A stretch of DNA of 64,000 bases from Spirochaetia bacterium (GTDB taxonomy: Bacteria; Spirochaetota; Spirochaetia; SP-2023), in assembly GCA_965225855.1 (NCBI GenBank), contig CBDDCK010000005.1, forward strand, positions 1,728,001 through 1,792,000, written 5' to 3'. Shown in pieces: positions 49,827 through 58,892 of this stretch. The position numbers and the translations under genes were made by a program. The notes under the pieces are model-generated. The model worked only from the letters and a program-made list of their open reading frames with translations, searched no databases and had not been told where the DNA came from. Within the stretch, counting starts at the first letter, position 1, and the number at the start of each line of letters is the position of its first letter.

Positions 49827-50819
49827 TTATTTGGCAAATTTTTCAAAAACATTAACAACCTCATTTAATGCCTTAAAAGAAGTCATCGTTTTGGCACGGT
49901 TCATGATAATAATTTGCTTATTTTTATATGCAGCATTGTAGTTTTTCCAACCAGGCGCAATATCGTCTAACGCGCTGTAAACATCGGAAGTTGTTTCACC
50001 AAACTGGTGATGATATGTAATTAATAACCAATCAGGATTAAATTGACCAAAGGTTTCAGAACTTAATTTGCTGCAATTTGCGTTAGGGTCGGACAACTGT
50101 TGTTCTACATACGGAAGATTTTTGAAACCAAGGTCATAGGCAACAATGGTAAACGCACCGTATCCACGGCATGTGAGGTACTTTGCTTTGCCTTTATAAG
50201 GATGCATATACGCTACAGTTTGATTCTTCGGATCTTTAGAAAATTTAGCTTTCAAAGACTGAATACGTTTCTTGTAAGACTTTTCTTTTTTTCTGAACTC
50301 ATCTTCTTTGCCCACCCAAGAGGCAAGATCTTTGAATACACCGTACGTAGCGGTCATCTCAGTATTAATCAAAACTGTCGGAGCAATGTCAGAGAGCTTT
50401 TCATAGTTTTTCAAATTCTTCAAACGACCGACAATCAAGTCAGGTTTTGACAATTTTATTTGTTCAATATCTTCTCCAAATTTACCGTAGTTAAAGAGTT
50501 GAGTATCGTGGAACTTTACGCCATAAAGCTCTTCCACACCACGAATATGAGGACGGTTATTTTCGTCTTTTTTCAAACGTGTAGAAACCCCTATTAGATC
50601 AGCTTCCAGATCAAACAACATAACCGATGTTGTAAGGGTGTGCAAAGAAGCAATACGCTTAGGATTTCTTGGTATTTCTACTTTGTTACCCACATGATCG
50701 GTAATGGTTTTGGTTGCAGTTGGTTGCGCCGAAGGTTCTGCTATTTGCTTGCCTTTGCTGGGATTTTGTCTTGCGCAGCTCATAGATAGCAATAAAAATA
50801 TGTAAATATAGAGTTTCAT
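49827..50819 (-). CDS. iron-siderophore-type SBP lipoprotein (array gene 2)
   Basis: Near-duplicate of 50888-51880. Confidence 0.92.
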   Translation of the reverse strand: MKLYIYIFLLLSMSCARQNPSKGKQIAEPSAQPTATKTITDHVGNKVEIPRNPKRIASLHTLTTSVMLFDLEADLIGVSTRLKKDENNRPHIRGVEELYGVKFHDTQLFNYGKFGEDIEQIKLSKPDLIVGRLKNLKNYEKLSDIAPTVLINTEMTATYGVFKDLASWVGKEDEFRKKEKSYKKRIQSLKAKFSKDPKNQTVAYMHPYKGKAKYLTCRGYGAFTIVAYDLGFKNLPYVEQQLSDPNANCSKLSSETFGQFNPDWLLITYHHQFGETTSDVYSALDDIAPGWKNYNAAYKNKQIIIMNRAKTMTSFKALNEVVNVFEKFAK

Positions 50820-50887
50820 AAAATCTCCTTAAACAAGACTTTAAATATATGCTAACTTCAAATACGAAGGCTCTAAGTTATTTGGAA

Positions 50888-51880
50888 TTATTTAGCAAAT
50901 TTTTCAAAAACATTAACAACCTCATTTAATGCCTTAAAAGAAGTCATCGTTTTGGCACGGTTCATGATAATAATTTGTTTATTTTTGTACGCAGAATTGT
51001 AGTTTTTCCAACCAGGCGCAATATCGTCTAACGCTACATAAACATCGTCCACTGTTTCGCCGAATTGATGGCGATATGTTGATAGCATCCAATCTGGGTT
51101 AAACTGCGCAAAAGTTTCAGAACTTAATTTAGCGCACTTTGCATTAGGGTCGGACAACTGTTGTTCTACATACGGAAGATTTTTGAAGCCAAGGTCATAG
51201 GCAACAATGGTAAATGCGCTGTACCCACGGCATGTGAGGTACTTTGCTTTGCCTTTATAAGGATGCATATACGCTACTGTTTGTTCTTTAGGATTTTTAG
51301 AAAACTTAGCTTTTACAGATTGTAGACGATTTTTGTACAGCTTTTCTTTTTTGTTAAACTCAGATTCCTTACCTACCCAAGAAGCAAGGTCTTTGAATAC
51401 CCCATACATATTGGGTCGCACCCCATCAATTAATACTGTTGGAGCAATGCCAGAAAGTTGTTTGTATTTTTTAAAATCATTTAATCGACCAACTATTAAG
51501 TCCGGTTTTGACAATTTTATTTGTTCAATATCTTCTCCAAATTTACCGTAGTTAAATAATTGGGTATTCTCAAATTTTACGCCATAAAGTTCTTCCACAC
51601 CACGAATATAAGGACGGTTATTTTCGTCTTTCTTCAAACGTGTAGAAACCCCTATTAGATCAGCTTCCAGATCAAACAACATAACCGATGTTGTAAGGGT
51701 GTGCAAAGAAGCAATACGCTTAGGATTTCTTGGTATTTCTACTTTGTTACCCGCATGATCGGTAATGGTTTTGGTTGCAGTTGGTTGCGCCGAAGGCTCT
51801 GCTATTTGCTTGCCTTTGCTGGGATTTTGTCTTGCGCAGCTCATAGATAGCAATAAAAATATGTAAATATAGAGTTTCAT
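50888..51880 (-). CDS. iron-siderophore-type SBP lipoprotein (array gene 1)
   Basis: Class III SBP motifs; first intact gene after the promoter. Confidence 0.92.
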   Translation of the reverse strand: MKLYIYIFLLLSMSCARQNPSKGKQIAEPSAQPTATKTITDHAGNKVEIPRNPKRIASLHTLTTSVMLFDLEADLIGVSTRLKKDENNRPYIRGVEELYGVKFENTQLFNYGKFGEDIEQIKLSKPDLIVGRLNDFKKYKQLSGIAPTVLIDGVRPNMYGVFKDLASWVGKESEFNKKEKLYKNRLQSVKAKFSKNPKEQTVAYMHPYKGKAKYLTCRGYSAFTIVAYDLGFKNLPYVEQQLSDPNAKCAKLSSETFAQFNPDWMLSTYRHQFGETVDDVYVALDDIAPGWKNYNSAYKNKQIIIMNRAKTMTSFKALNEVVNVFEKFAK

Positions 51881-51918
51881 AAAATCTCCTTAAAAGATAT
51901 ATTTTTTTGTCAATAACA

Positions 51919-52005
51919 TTATTTTGCGTGCTTAGCAAACAGATCTAATACCCAGTTCATAGTGGTAAAGCACATGGGGATAGCCTTTTCGCGATTTACA
52001 ACAAT
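51919..52005 (-). pseudogene. orphan 3' tail of an SBP gene
   Basis: Translates IVVNREKAIPMCFTTMNWVLDLFAKHAK*. It matches the end of gene 6 (NREKAIPMCFTAMNWVLD) joined to the end of gene 3 (FAKHAK). Confidence 0.85.
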
Positions 52006-52031
52006 AAAAAATAATCAAAGGTTAAAATAAC

Positions 52032-52050
52032 GATTATGATTATGGTTATC
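52032..52050 (-). promoter_or_regulatory. Fur-box-like operator
   Basis: Minus strand GATAACCATAATCATAATC, a 16/19 match to GATAATGATAATCATTATC, just downstream of the predicted -10. Confidence 0.7.
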
Positions 52051-52064
52051 GAAAATAAAATTGG

Positions 52065-52093
52065 ACTATAAAGAAGTAATATTTTTAGGTCAA
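52065..52093 (-). promoter_or_regulatory. sigma70 promoter of the iron-uptake operon (TTGACC-17-TATAGT)
   Basis: Plus strand ggtcaa 52088-52093 and actata 52065-52070. Confidence 0.65.
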
Positions 52094-52192
52094 TAAAGTT
52101 TTGCGATTTATTTATATTCATAAACAAATAAATCACAATTATTTTAGAACCACTTGACAATAATCCAGAATATTACATGATGTACCCAACTT

Positions 52193-52265
52193 TCCTCTGT
52201 AGCTCAGTTGGTAGAGCAGGTGGCTGTTAACCACCTTGTCGGGGGTTCGAGTCCCTCCGGAGGAG
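52193..52265 (+). tRNA. tRNA-Asn(GTT)
   Basis: Cloverleaf; anticodon arm GGTGG-CT-GTT-AA-CCACC; GTTCGA T-loop; no encoded CCA. Confidence 0.97.
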
Positions 52266-52267
52266 TT

Positions 52268-52292
52268 GCCACACTTTGTGTGTGGCTTTTTT
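52268..52292 (+). terminator. terminator after tRNA-Asn
   Basis: GCCACAC-TTTGT-GTGTGGC followed by a T-run. Confidence 0.75.
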
Positions 52293-52346
52293 ATTTGCCA
52301 TCGCAAGTACACTATCACAAGTTATAAAGGCTGGTCTTACAAACCC

Positions 52347-53192
52347 ATGCACCGAATTATAAACCAAAGGAACCAAAGTACTCTAACTGCCATATATCAA
52401 AAACTTATAAAAATAGGATTCCTCGCCGCATTAAATTTAAAACCAGAAAATTTGCATATCATAGCCAGCTCCAAACATAAAACGATAGAATTACAAATTT
52501 GTTGCAATGGCCAAATTTGCCTGCGCCTCCCAAAGCATATATCTCAAAAAGAAATCTGCCAATTTTTAATCAGGAAACGAGATTGGCTGGCAAAACATAC
52601 TCCAAACAATACCCAACAGTTATTGGAAATTAACCAGAAAATCGGTGCTGGGCAGGAATTATTACAGCTACTACAACAAAATTCCCTAAAGATAGGAAAA
52701 CCATTTCTATTCTTAGGAAAGAGTTATATACTACAAACTCATTCTGTAGAAACTTCCAACAGCTTAGAAACAATCCAAAATGATATGCAAGGTCAAATTA
52801 GTTACCCTACCTGCACTGGCAAAAATTTAAAACAAGATTTAGAAAAAGCATTACGCCAAGCAGCACTAAAATTATTCCAAGTTCGTTGCGAGCAATACTA
52901 TGAACAATATTTCAAAAATTTATTGGCACTGCAACCGCTTAAAAAAATCAAAGTACGTAAATACAAAGCCCGCTGGGGTTGCTGTTCCCCAACAGGGGAC
53001 ATTACTTTTAACTGGCAATTAATTTTTGCCCCACTGCAAATTATCGACTATGTGGTGGTACACGAATTAGCCCATCTAATCGAATTTAATCATTCCCAAT
53101 ATTTTTGGGCGCTAGTAGAACAATTTATGCCAGATTATAAAAAATACAAACAATGGCTTAGATACTGTGGACACTACTTACTGCGCTTTTAA
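52347..53192 (+). CDS. YgjP/DUF45-like (M48/SprT-like) zinc metalloprotease
   Basis: KARWGCCS and IIDYVVVHELAHL..NHS..FW motifs. The ORF-track start (52236) overlaps the tRNA, so ATG 52347 is used. Confidence 0.88.
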   Translation: MHRIINQRNQSTLTAIYQKLIKIGFLAALNLKPENLHIIASSKHKTIELQICCNGQICLRLPKHISQKEICQFLIRKRDWLAKHTPNNTQQLLEINQKIGAGQELLQLLQQNSLKIGKPFLFLGKSYILQTHSVETSNSLETIQNDMQGQISYPTCTGKNLKQDLEKALRQAALKLFQVRCEQYYEQYFKNLLALQPLKKIKVRKYKARWGCCSPTGDITFNWQLIFAPLQIIDYVVVHELAHLIEFNHSQYFWALVEQFMPDYKKYKQWLRYCGHYLLRF

Positions 53193-53505
53193 AATCTGAA
53201 TATCCAAGATTTTCGTTATTGGTTAATTTTATTATTATTTCATCATTTGATTGCCGGTTTGTGCCAATGCCCAAACCAGAAAAAACAAGCTCAATGTAGC
53301 TTTGGTAATAATACCTTATGAGCCACCCAACTCTCAGCCAAAATTATATGATGCAGGACGTGATAACTTTGTGCCATCGGACGTGATAACTCGATTTTTT
53401 CTCCATACCAAGGCTATACCTTGGTAAAAGCAACCTTGATAAAAAACTTACCAAGGCTGCAATAGGCCAATGCAAGCATTACTTACAGAAACAACCAAAT
53501 CTTAC

Positions 53506-55578
53506 TTACCAACTTGTAACTTGAATACTAGTGGTTAGGTCTTCTGGACTACCAGGTACAAATTCTGCTGCTGCTTCAAAGTTATATGCACCAAACTCAT
53601 CACTTTTACCAACCTTAACCAGTATCTTCTCGGCTTCGGCTTTTACACTACCGCTTAAAGTAATCAATAAGCTTGTTTCACTTGCACTAGAACCTGTGGC
53701 TCTGTTTACACCTACAGTTGAGTGCTGGGGTAATGTGAATCTCTTACTACCATCACCGGATACAAGCGTCAATTTGCTAAAGTCCCAGTCTGCAACTGTT
53801 TCCGGTAACTTAGCACCTAAAATCTGTAACAAGCTTCTCTTAGTATAGTAGTATACGGTGTTGATCTGGCTTACGTACCCACTAACGGTAATAGGGTTGG
53901 TTGGGTCTTCAGCGCTACCACCTACAAAGCCTGCTACTGCTTCCAGGTTATATGCACCGTTAGCATCACGAACACCAGCCTTAACCAGTATCTTCTCGGC
54001 TTCCGCTTTTACACTACCGCTTAAAGTAATACTTAAGTAGGTTGTACCTGCACGAGAACCTGTGGCTGTGTTTTCACCTGCAGTTGTGTGCTGGGGTAAT
54101 GGGTATCTCTTACTACCATCACCGGATACAAGTGTCAATTTGCTAAAGTCCCATCCTGCAACTGCTCTCGGTAACTTGATACCTGTAATATATAACTCGC
54201 CTGTATTAGCATCGTAGGTTGCTTTGTCGATGCTGGCTACATACCCCCTAACGGTAATAGGATTGGTTGTGTCTTCTGCGCTACCACCTGCAAAGCCTGC
54301 TGCTGCTTCAAGGTTGTATGCACCATTAGCATCACGAACACCATCATTAACCAGTATAGCATTGGCTTTGGCTTTTACACTACCGACTAAAGTAATCTTT
54401 AAGAATGTTGCACTTGCTTGAGAACCTATGGCTCTGTTTCTATTTTCAGCAAGACCTATGGCTGTGTTTTCTTTCCGGGGTAATGTGAATCTCTTAGTAC
54501 CATCACCGGATACAAGCGTCAATTTCCTAAAGTCCCATTCTGCAACTGTTTTCGGTAAACGGCTACCACTAATATATAACACGCCTATACCAACATCATA
54601 GGTTGCACTGGTAATTGCGGGTGGGTGTCCACTAACGGCCAAGGCTTTGGCTGTATTTAAACCCGCCCAAGTACCAGTGCCAACGCTAAGCAACCCATCT
54701 TTTAGACCATTGCTATCCATACCTGTCTTGCCATTCAGAGTAGCTTTATGTTGATCGGTAAGGTAAAGCCAAAGCGCTGTGCCAGCGCTATGCAGGCGGT
54801 ACTTACCTTTTGCAAGACCGCGACTATCTGACCCAGTGGCATCGTCATCTGCAGTATAGGAACTTAAGGCTACGCCATCTACCGTGATGGTTTGGATTTG
54901 GGCTTGGGTCGCACTAGCTAAGTGAGTACCTTGTACAGTTAGCAGAGCCGTGCCAACATGGTAGCTTGCACCGGTAATTGCAGCTTCAGGCGACTGATCT
55001 TCAGCTTGTTCGGCTTTAGGTTGCTTAGGCGACTGCTCTTCGGCTTGTTCAGCTTGTTCAGCTTTAGGTTGCTTAGGCAACTGCTCTTCGGCTTGTTCAG
55101 CTTGTTTGGCTTGCTTAGATGGCTTATCGGGTATATTGCTAACGGTTAAGTCTTTGGCTGTATCTAAACCCGCCCAAGCACCAGAGCTAGTAAGCAACCC
55201 TTTTTTTAGACCATTGCTACCCACCTTGGCCTCAAGAGCAGCTTTATGTTCATCTTTAAGTTTCAGCCAAAGCTTTGTGCCATCGGTTGCAATACGGTAC
55301 TTACCTTTTGCAAGATCGCTACTATCTGGCCCAGTGGCTGGGTCATCTGCAGTATAGGAACTGAAGGCTACGCCATCTACTACGATGGTTTGGATTTGCG
55401 CTTCTGTAGGACTTAAGTCAGTACCTTGTACGGTTAACAGCGCCGTAGCAAAGTCGTAGCTTGCACTGGTGATTGCAGGCCCAGAAGATCGATCATCGTC
55501 ATCGGGTGGGGCGCAGGCCAAGGCCATAAAGGCCAGTAGCAATGCTAATGGCAATAAAAATAGTTTGTGCTTATACAT
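53506..55578 (-). CDS. modular surface lipoprotein, 2 type-A + 3 type-B repeats (paralog of 15620-18109)
   Basis: Near-identical leader and lipobox; same repeat units; KQPKAEQAEQAEEQ VNTR linker. Confidence 0.85.
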   Translation of the reverse strand: MYKHKLFLLPLALLLAFMALACAPPDDDDRSSGPAITSASYDFATALLTVQGTDLSPTEAQIQTIVVDGVAFSSYTADDPATGPDSSDLAKGKYRIATDGTKLWLKLKDEHKAALEAKVGSNGLKKGLLTSSGAWAGLDTAKDLTVSNIPDKPSKQAKQAEQAEEQLPKQPKAEQAEQAEEQSPKQPKAEQAEDQSPEAAITGASYHVGTALLTVQGTHLASATQAQIQTITVDGVALSSYTADDDATGSDSRGLAKGKYRLHSAGTALWLYLTDQHKATLNGKTGMDSNGLKDGLLSVGTGTWAGLNTAKALAVSGHPPAITSATYDVGIGVLYISGSRLPKTVAEWDFRKLTLVSGDGTKRFTLPRKENTAIGLAENRNRAIGSQASATFLKITLVGSVKAKANAILVNDGVRDANGAYNLEAAAGFAGGSAEDTTNPITVRGYVASIDKATYDANTGELYITGIKLPRAVAGWDFSKLTLVSGDGSKRYPLPQHTTAGENTATGSRAGTTYLSITLSGSVKAEAEKILVKAGVRDANGAYNLEAVAGFVGGSAEDPTNPITVSGYVSQINTVYYYTKRSLLQILGAKLPETVADWDFSKLTLVSGDGSKRFTLPQHSTVGVNRATGSSASETSLLITLSGSVKAEAEKILVKVGKSDEFGAYNFEAAAEFVPGSPEDLTTSIQVTSW

Positions 55579-55641
55579 AAGCAATACCTCCAACAATGGA
55601 TAAAGATTAACCAACCCATACGGGCTAGTGTGTAAATCCCT

Positions 55642-55668
55642 ATTTTGCTAGGGGGGGTGTTGCGTCAA
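55642..55668 (-). promoter_or_regulatory. promoter TTGACG-15-CAAAAT with a C7 tract in the spacer
   Basis: Identical to 18173-18199. Confidence 0.55.
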
Positions 55669-55819
55669 GGTCTATATAAGCTTTTTGTAAGTTTTCTTGT
55701 GTTTTTTTAGTGTTGTAAGGTGGTTAAAAATCAATGCCAATCAAAAGTCTTGGGTGGGGTGGGGTGTTGGCCTTTGTTTGGCCTTTGGGGGGTGGGAAAG
55801 TGTAGAATTGAATAAAATA

Positions 55820-55852
55820 CTTGATTACACCTTGATTACACCTTGATTACAC
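55820..55852. repeat. 11-bp tandem repeat CTTGATTACAC x3
   Basis: Three exact copies. Confidence 0.9.
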
Positions 55853-55853
55853 T

Positions 55854-55966
55854 ATGGGGCAATCTCCAAAAGGTGAAACATTTAATGAAAATGAAAACGG
55901 GATATTATTCTTTCAGGGGCGTTCAGAATTTGGGCGACGATTGCCGATGATTGTTGTATAGGTCCT
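55854..55966 (+). pseudogene. type I restriction HsdS target-recognition-domain fragment
   Basis: MGQSPKGETFNENENGILFFQGRSEFGRR, followed out of frame by IADDCCIG. Both motifs are typical of one HsdS TRD class; the intervening segment is missing. Confidence 0.7.
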
Positions 55967-56009
55967 TGATTATGTGCCGATGTAGAAAATTTCATTAAAG
56001 ACTAGGGTA

Positions 56010-56170
56010 TCAATAGGTGGGAGGTAATTCTATCAATAGATTTAGGTCAATTCTATCAATAGGTGGGAGGTAATTCTATTAATAGATTTGGGTCGATTCT
56101 ATCAATAGGTGCGAGGTAAATCTATTAATAGAATTAGGTCGATTCTATTAGATAGGTGGGAGGTAATTTT
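56010..56170. repeat. 46-bp tandem repeat (~3.5 copies) made of alternating 23-bp subunits
   Basis: Units start at 56010, 56056, 56102 and ~56148; palindromic CTAT(C/T)AATAG recurs every 23 bp. Confidence 0.9.
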
Positions 56171-56408
56171 ATGGGTAGAGGGGGCTGGAATATTTATTTA
56201 TCGGTATTGTTCTGCTTTAGCCTTAGCTAAAATTTCTTTTACCAGCCTATCATTAATAATAGTTTGGCTATGTTTTAGGCTTTTTTTATCTGAAGCCCTT
56301 TGGCCTTTACCTTGCGGCTCTTCTGGGTATTTAGTCGGGGCTCTTCACGCAAACAATTTTGGCCATACAGTGTCGATCGGGTTTGTTGGAAAATCCCCAG
56401 GTTGCAAA

Positions 56409-56452
56409 TCAAAAAGCTAGTAAGGTTTTCAGAAACCTTACTAGCTTTTTGA
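56409..56452. repeat. perfect 20-bp inverted repeat with a 4-nt loop
   Basis: TCAAAAAGCTAGTAAGGTTT-TCAG-AAACCTTACTAGCTTTTTGA. Confidence 0.9.
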
Positions 56453-56811
56453 GACCGTGGCCCGTTACCATGATATTTTGAAAGCATATTGTTGCCCAAT
56501 TACTGCCGACAATGACCCATATGCCGAAAAACAAAAATTTTTTACTTGTTCCATTTGTGGATTCAGCCGAAAGGCATAAAAAAAGCGGTGCATGGTTTGG
56601 TTATCCTAGCAACGCTTTGGCTTTTTGAAGTTTTGAGCGTTTTTGCTCTGGTTTGGTGTTAAAAATGGATTCTGGCTTTTTCTCGTGCAATGAAAATTTT
56701 TTTACTTTTTTATTTTGGTTTTACTTTTTTATTTTGGAAAGTAAGCCAATTTTACCTTCCCATTTGTTCCAAAAAATTCCGAGTTATCACCTCTTATCCC
56801 GTTAAGTTATC

Positions 56812-57216
56812 ATGTCCTCTTTCAATTATATGAAAACTACCGCATATTGCGCAAACAGCTTCGCCGTAAAGCAAAAGGCCGTCCCTATCAAACTACATTT
56901 TATCTATTGGGACAAATTCCAACAGCGCAAAAATTTTTACGATGCAGTAATTTATATTTTATTAAATTACGCTTTTCCTCAACGCAGCCCGTTGAAAATT
57001 TTGAAAGCTCCCGTGTGCGATCAATTTAGTGGACCACACCGTCTACTCTGGTTTTTGTTTGAGCAACCCGCTGAACTGAATAGTTTCCGGCTACTCTATC
57101 CAAGAGAGCAAAGAGGCTCAAATGTCCCAAATCAATTATATTTATCAAGTAATATCAGCCCTTTGGCCTTGCGCCGATTTTTTGAGATAAGACTATATCC
57201 TTTCTCTTGCGCTTGA
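56812..57216 (+). CDS. hypothetical protein
   Basis: 134-aa ORF directly upstream of and co-oriented with the class IV aminotransferase; no motif recognised. Confidence 0.45.
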   Translation: MSSFNYMKTTAYCANSFAVKQKAVPIKLHFIYWDKFQQRKNFYDAVIYILLNYAFPQRSPLKILKAPVCDQFSGPHRLLWFLFEQPAELNSFRLLYPREQRGSNVPNQLYLSSNISPLALRRFFEIRLYPFSCA

Positions 57217-57229
57217 AGGAGCTATATTT

Positions 57230-58225
57230 TTGATTCCGTTTGCCTTGGAAACCTTGCCTTTGCATTACACTGGAGTGCCACAAAAACTGAAACACAGTGC
57301 ATTATCCTTCCTAAATACTCCCGCTATTTTCCCTGCAGTCTTCCCTAAAAAATCAACTTTGGTTTTTTGGCATCGCCGTAGGCTCTGCTACAGTTGCCGC
57401 CTATTAGGCCTGCCTAATCCGCCTGTATCTCTATGGGAAACACTAGATGCATTGCGAATGCAATTACCTACTTCTACTCAATTTATCTATAGCTTACGCT
57501 ATTTTGGCACTGCTGAAATAAGAAAAATTTGGCAAGATCAAAATTCTATGAATTTACAACAAGGCCCAAAATCTCAAGTAGACTTAGTAGCGAAAGGTAA
57601 AACTTGGCTACTATTAAGGCGCAAAAATCTTTATAACTTTGATTCTTCAAATACTACCAATCATTTACCTGTGTGGGCTAGCTTGAAGCGTGTTGCTCTT
57701 GCGCCATTGAATTTAGCATGCCACCAGCCAACTTTATGGCGGGTTAAATGCCATTGGCAAGTACAACTGGTTGAAAAACTCCGCACATTGCAACAGCAAA
57801 CGGATTATGCCACCTGCGAAGATATACTGCGACTTTGCCCTGAAAATTTCGTGCTGGAAGGTATAAAGACCAATTTCTTTCTTCTAAAGAATCAAAGACA
57901 GCGATGGCATTTATCTACACCATGCAATAACAATACAGCAAATCCATTACTTTGTGGTACCACGCGCAACTGGTTGTGCCATAATGCCACAAAGCTAAAT
58001 TTAAGCCTAACTTTGAAACAACAAAACATAAGCATACACAATATGGTAGAGGCCGATGGCTTGCTGGTTTGCAATGCTGCTATGGGTTTGCGCCTTGTGC
58101 ATGAACTAAAGCTATTCCCCTGTTATAGCCGATCAACCAATTGTTATATACATCAATACCAATATGAAAACCTAGGTTCTGCCATTCGCCAACTGCTAGC
58201 CATGTACTGGCTAGCTCCCTTTTAA
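57230..58225 (+). CDS. divergent PLP fold-type IV enzyme (aminodeoxychorismate lyase/aminotransferase class IV-like)
   Basis: VLEGIKTNFF, LLCGTTR and ADGLLVCNAAMG match class IV motifs. Confidence 0.7.
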   Translation: MIPFALETLPLHYTGVPQKLKHSALSFLNTPAIFPAVFPKKSTLVFWHRRRLCYSCRLLGLPNPPVSLWETLDALRMQLPTSTQFIYSLRYFGTAEIRKIWQDQNSMNLQQGPKSQVDLVAKGKTWLLLRRKNLYNFDSSNTTNHLPVWASLKRVALAPLNLACHQPTLWRVKCHWQVQLVEKLRTLQQQTDYATCEDILRLCPENFVLEGIKTNFFLLKNQRQRWHLSTPCNNNTANPLLCGTTRNWLCHNATKLNLSLTLKQQNISIHNMVEADGLLVCNAAMGLRLVHELKLFPCYSRSTNCYIHQYQYENLGSAIRQLLAMYWLAPF

Positions 58226-58311
58226 AATACGTTTTTAGTTGCATAGCTGGATTTTACATCTTTTAATACTTAAATGGTTTCAAAAAACTTAAATGGTTTC
58301 AAAAAAATATT

Positions 58312-58812
58312 TTAACGATAGTCATAGAGAAACAATTCTACAATAATAACATCTGTTATTCTAGCTTCATCGTTGGGGTCTGGGGCTATCATTTTGTTGA
58401 TTAAGCTCAAAATATCGTTTTCAATTTCTTGGCGATTATCCAAATTACCTAGATACACTTTTGTTTTGGTAGCCATATCTTGGCGTATTTCTCCAGCAAT
58501 TTTTATTCCAAATTTACTTAACTTCTCCAAAGTTTTTACATCACCCACCTTATAACCTAAATCTATTTTCAAATTAAAAATCAAATTTTCTCGATCATTG
58601 GTTACCCCACTCATACGTGGAACTTTCTCATAATACTGATAAACAGGCATATCGCTATTAAATTTTGAAAGCGGATCATTTTCAAGTGTTTTTTCTGTAG
58701 AGTCTGTGAGAATATTTTCGTTTGCTTGTTCATTTTTATTTTTGGCAGAGCAAGCAAAAGTTAATATACCCAAAAATAACAACACAATTTTACCTTTATC
58801 CACTATAGCCAT
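58312..58812 (-). CDS. fliL: flagellar basal-body-associated FliL family protein
   Basis: N-terminal hydrophobic anchor; KIDLGY, EIR....K, IENDILSLIN and ITDV pattern of spirochaetal FliL. Confidence 0.65.
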   Translation of the reverse strand: MAIVDKGKIVLLFLGILTFACSAKNKNEQANENILTDSTEKTLENDPLSKFNSDMPVYQYYEKVPRMSGVTNDRENLIFNLKIDLGYKVGDVKTLEKLSKFGIKIAGEIRQDMATKTKVYLGNLDNRQEIENDILSLINKMIAPDPNDEARITDVIIVELFLYDYR

Positions 58813-58892
58813 CAATTCTCCTAAACTCTTACTATAAATTTCCAAGAGTTTTTTAGTATTATTTATTATAAAATTTAAGTAAAATAAAAAGT

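Noticed and set aside
52236..52346. N-terminal extension of the YgjP-like ORF in the ORF track
   Set aside because: It overlaps tRNA-Asn and its terminator.
56010..56170. CRISPR array
   Set aside because: The intervening sequences repeat rather than being unique spacers, the period is too short, and no cas genes are in the window.
58268..58306. 19-bp tandem duplication between convergent genes (similar short duplications at ~53356-53391 and ~56700-56737)
   Set aside because: Two-copy duplications consistent with ordinary slippage; no further structure.
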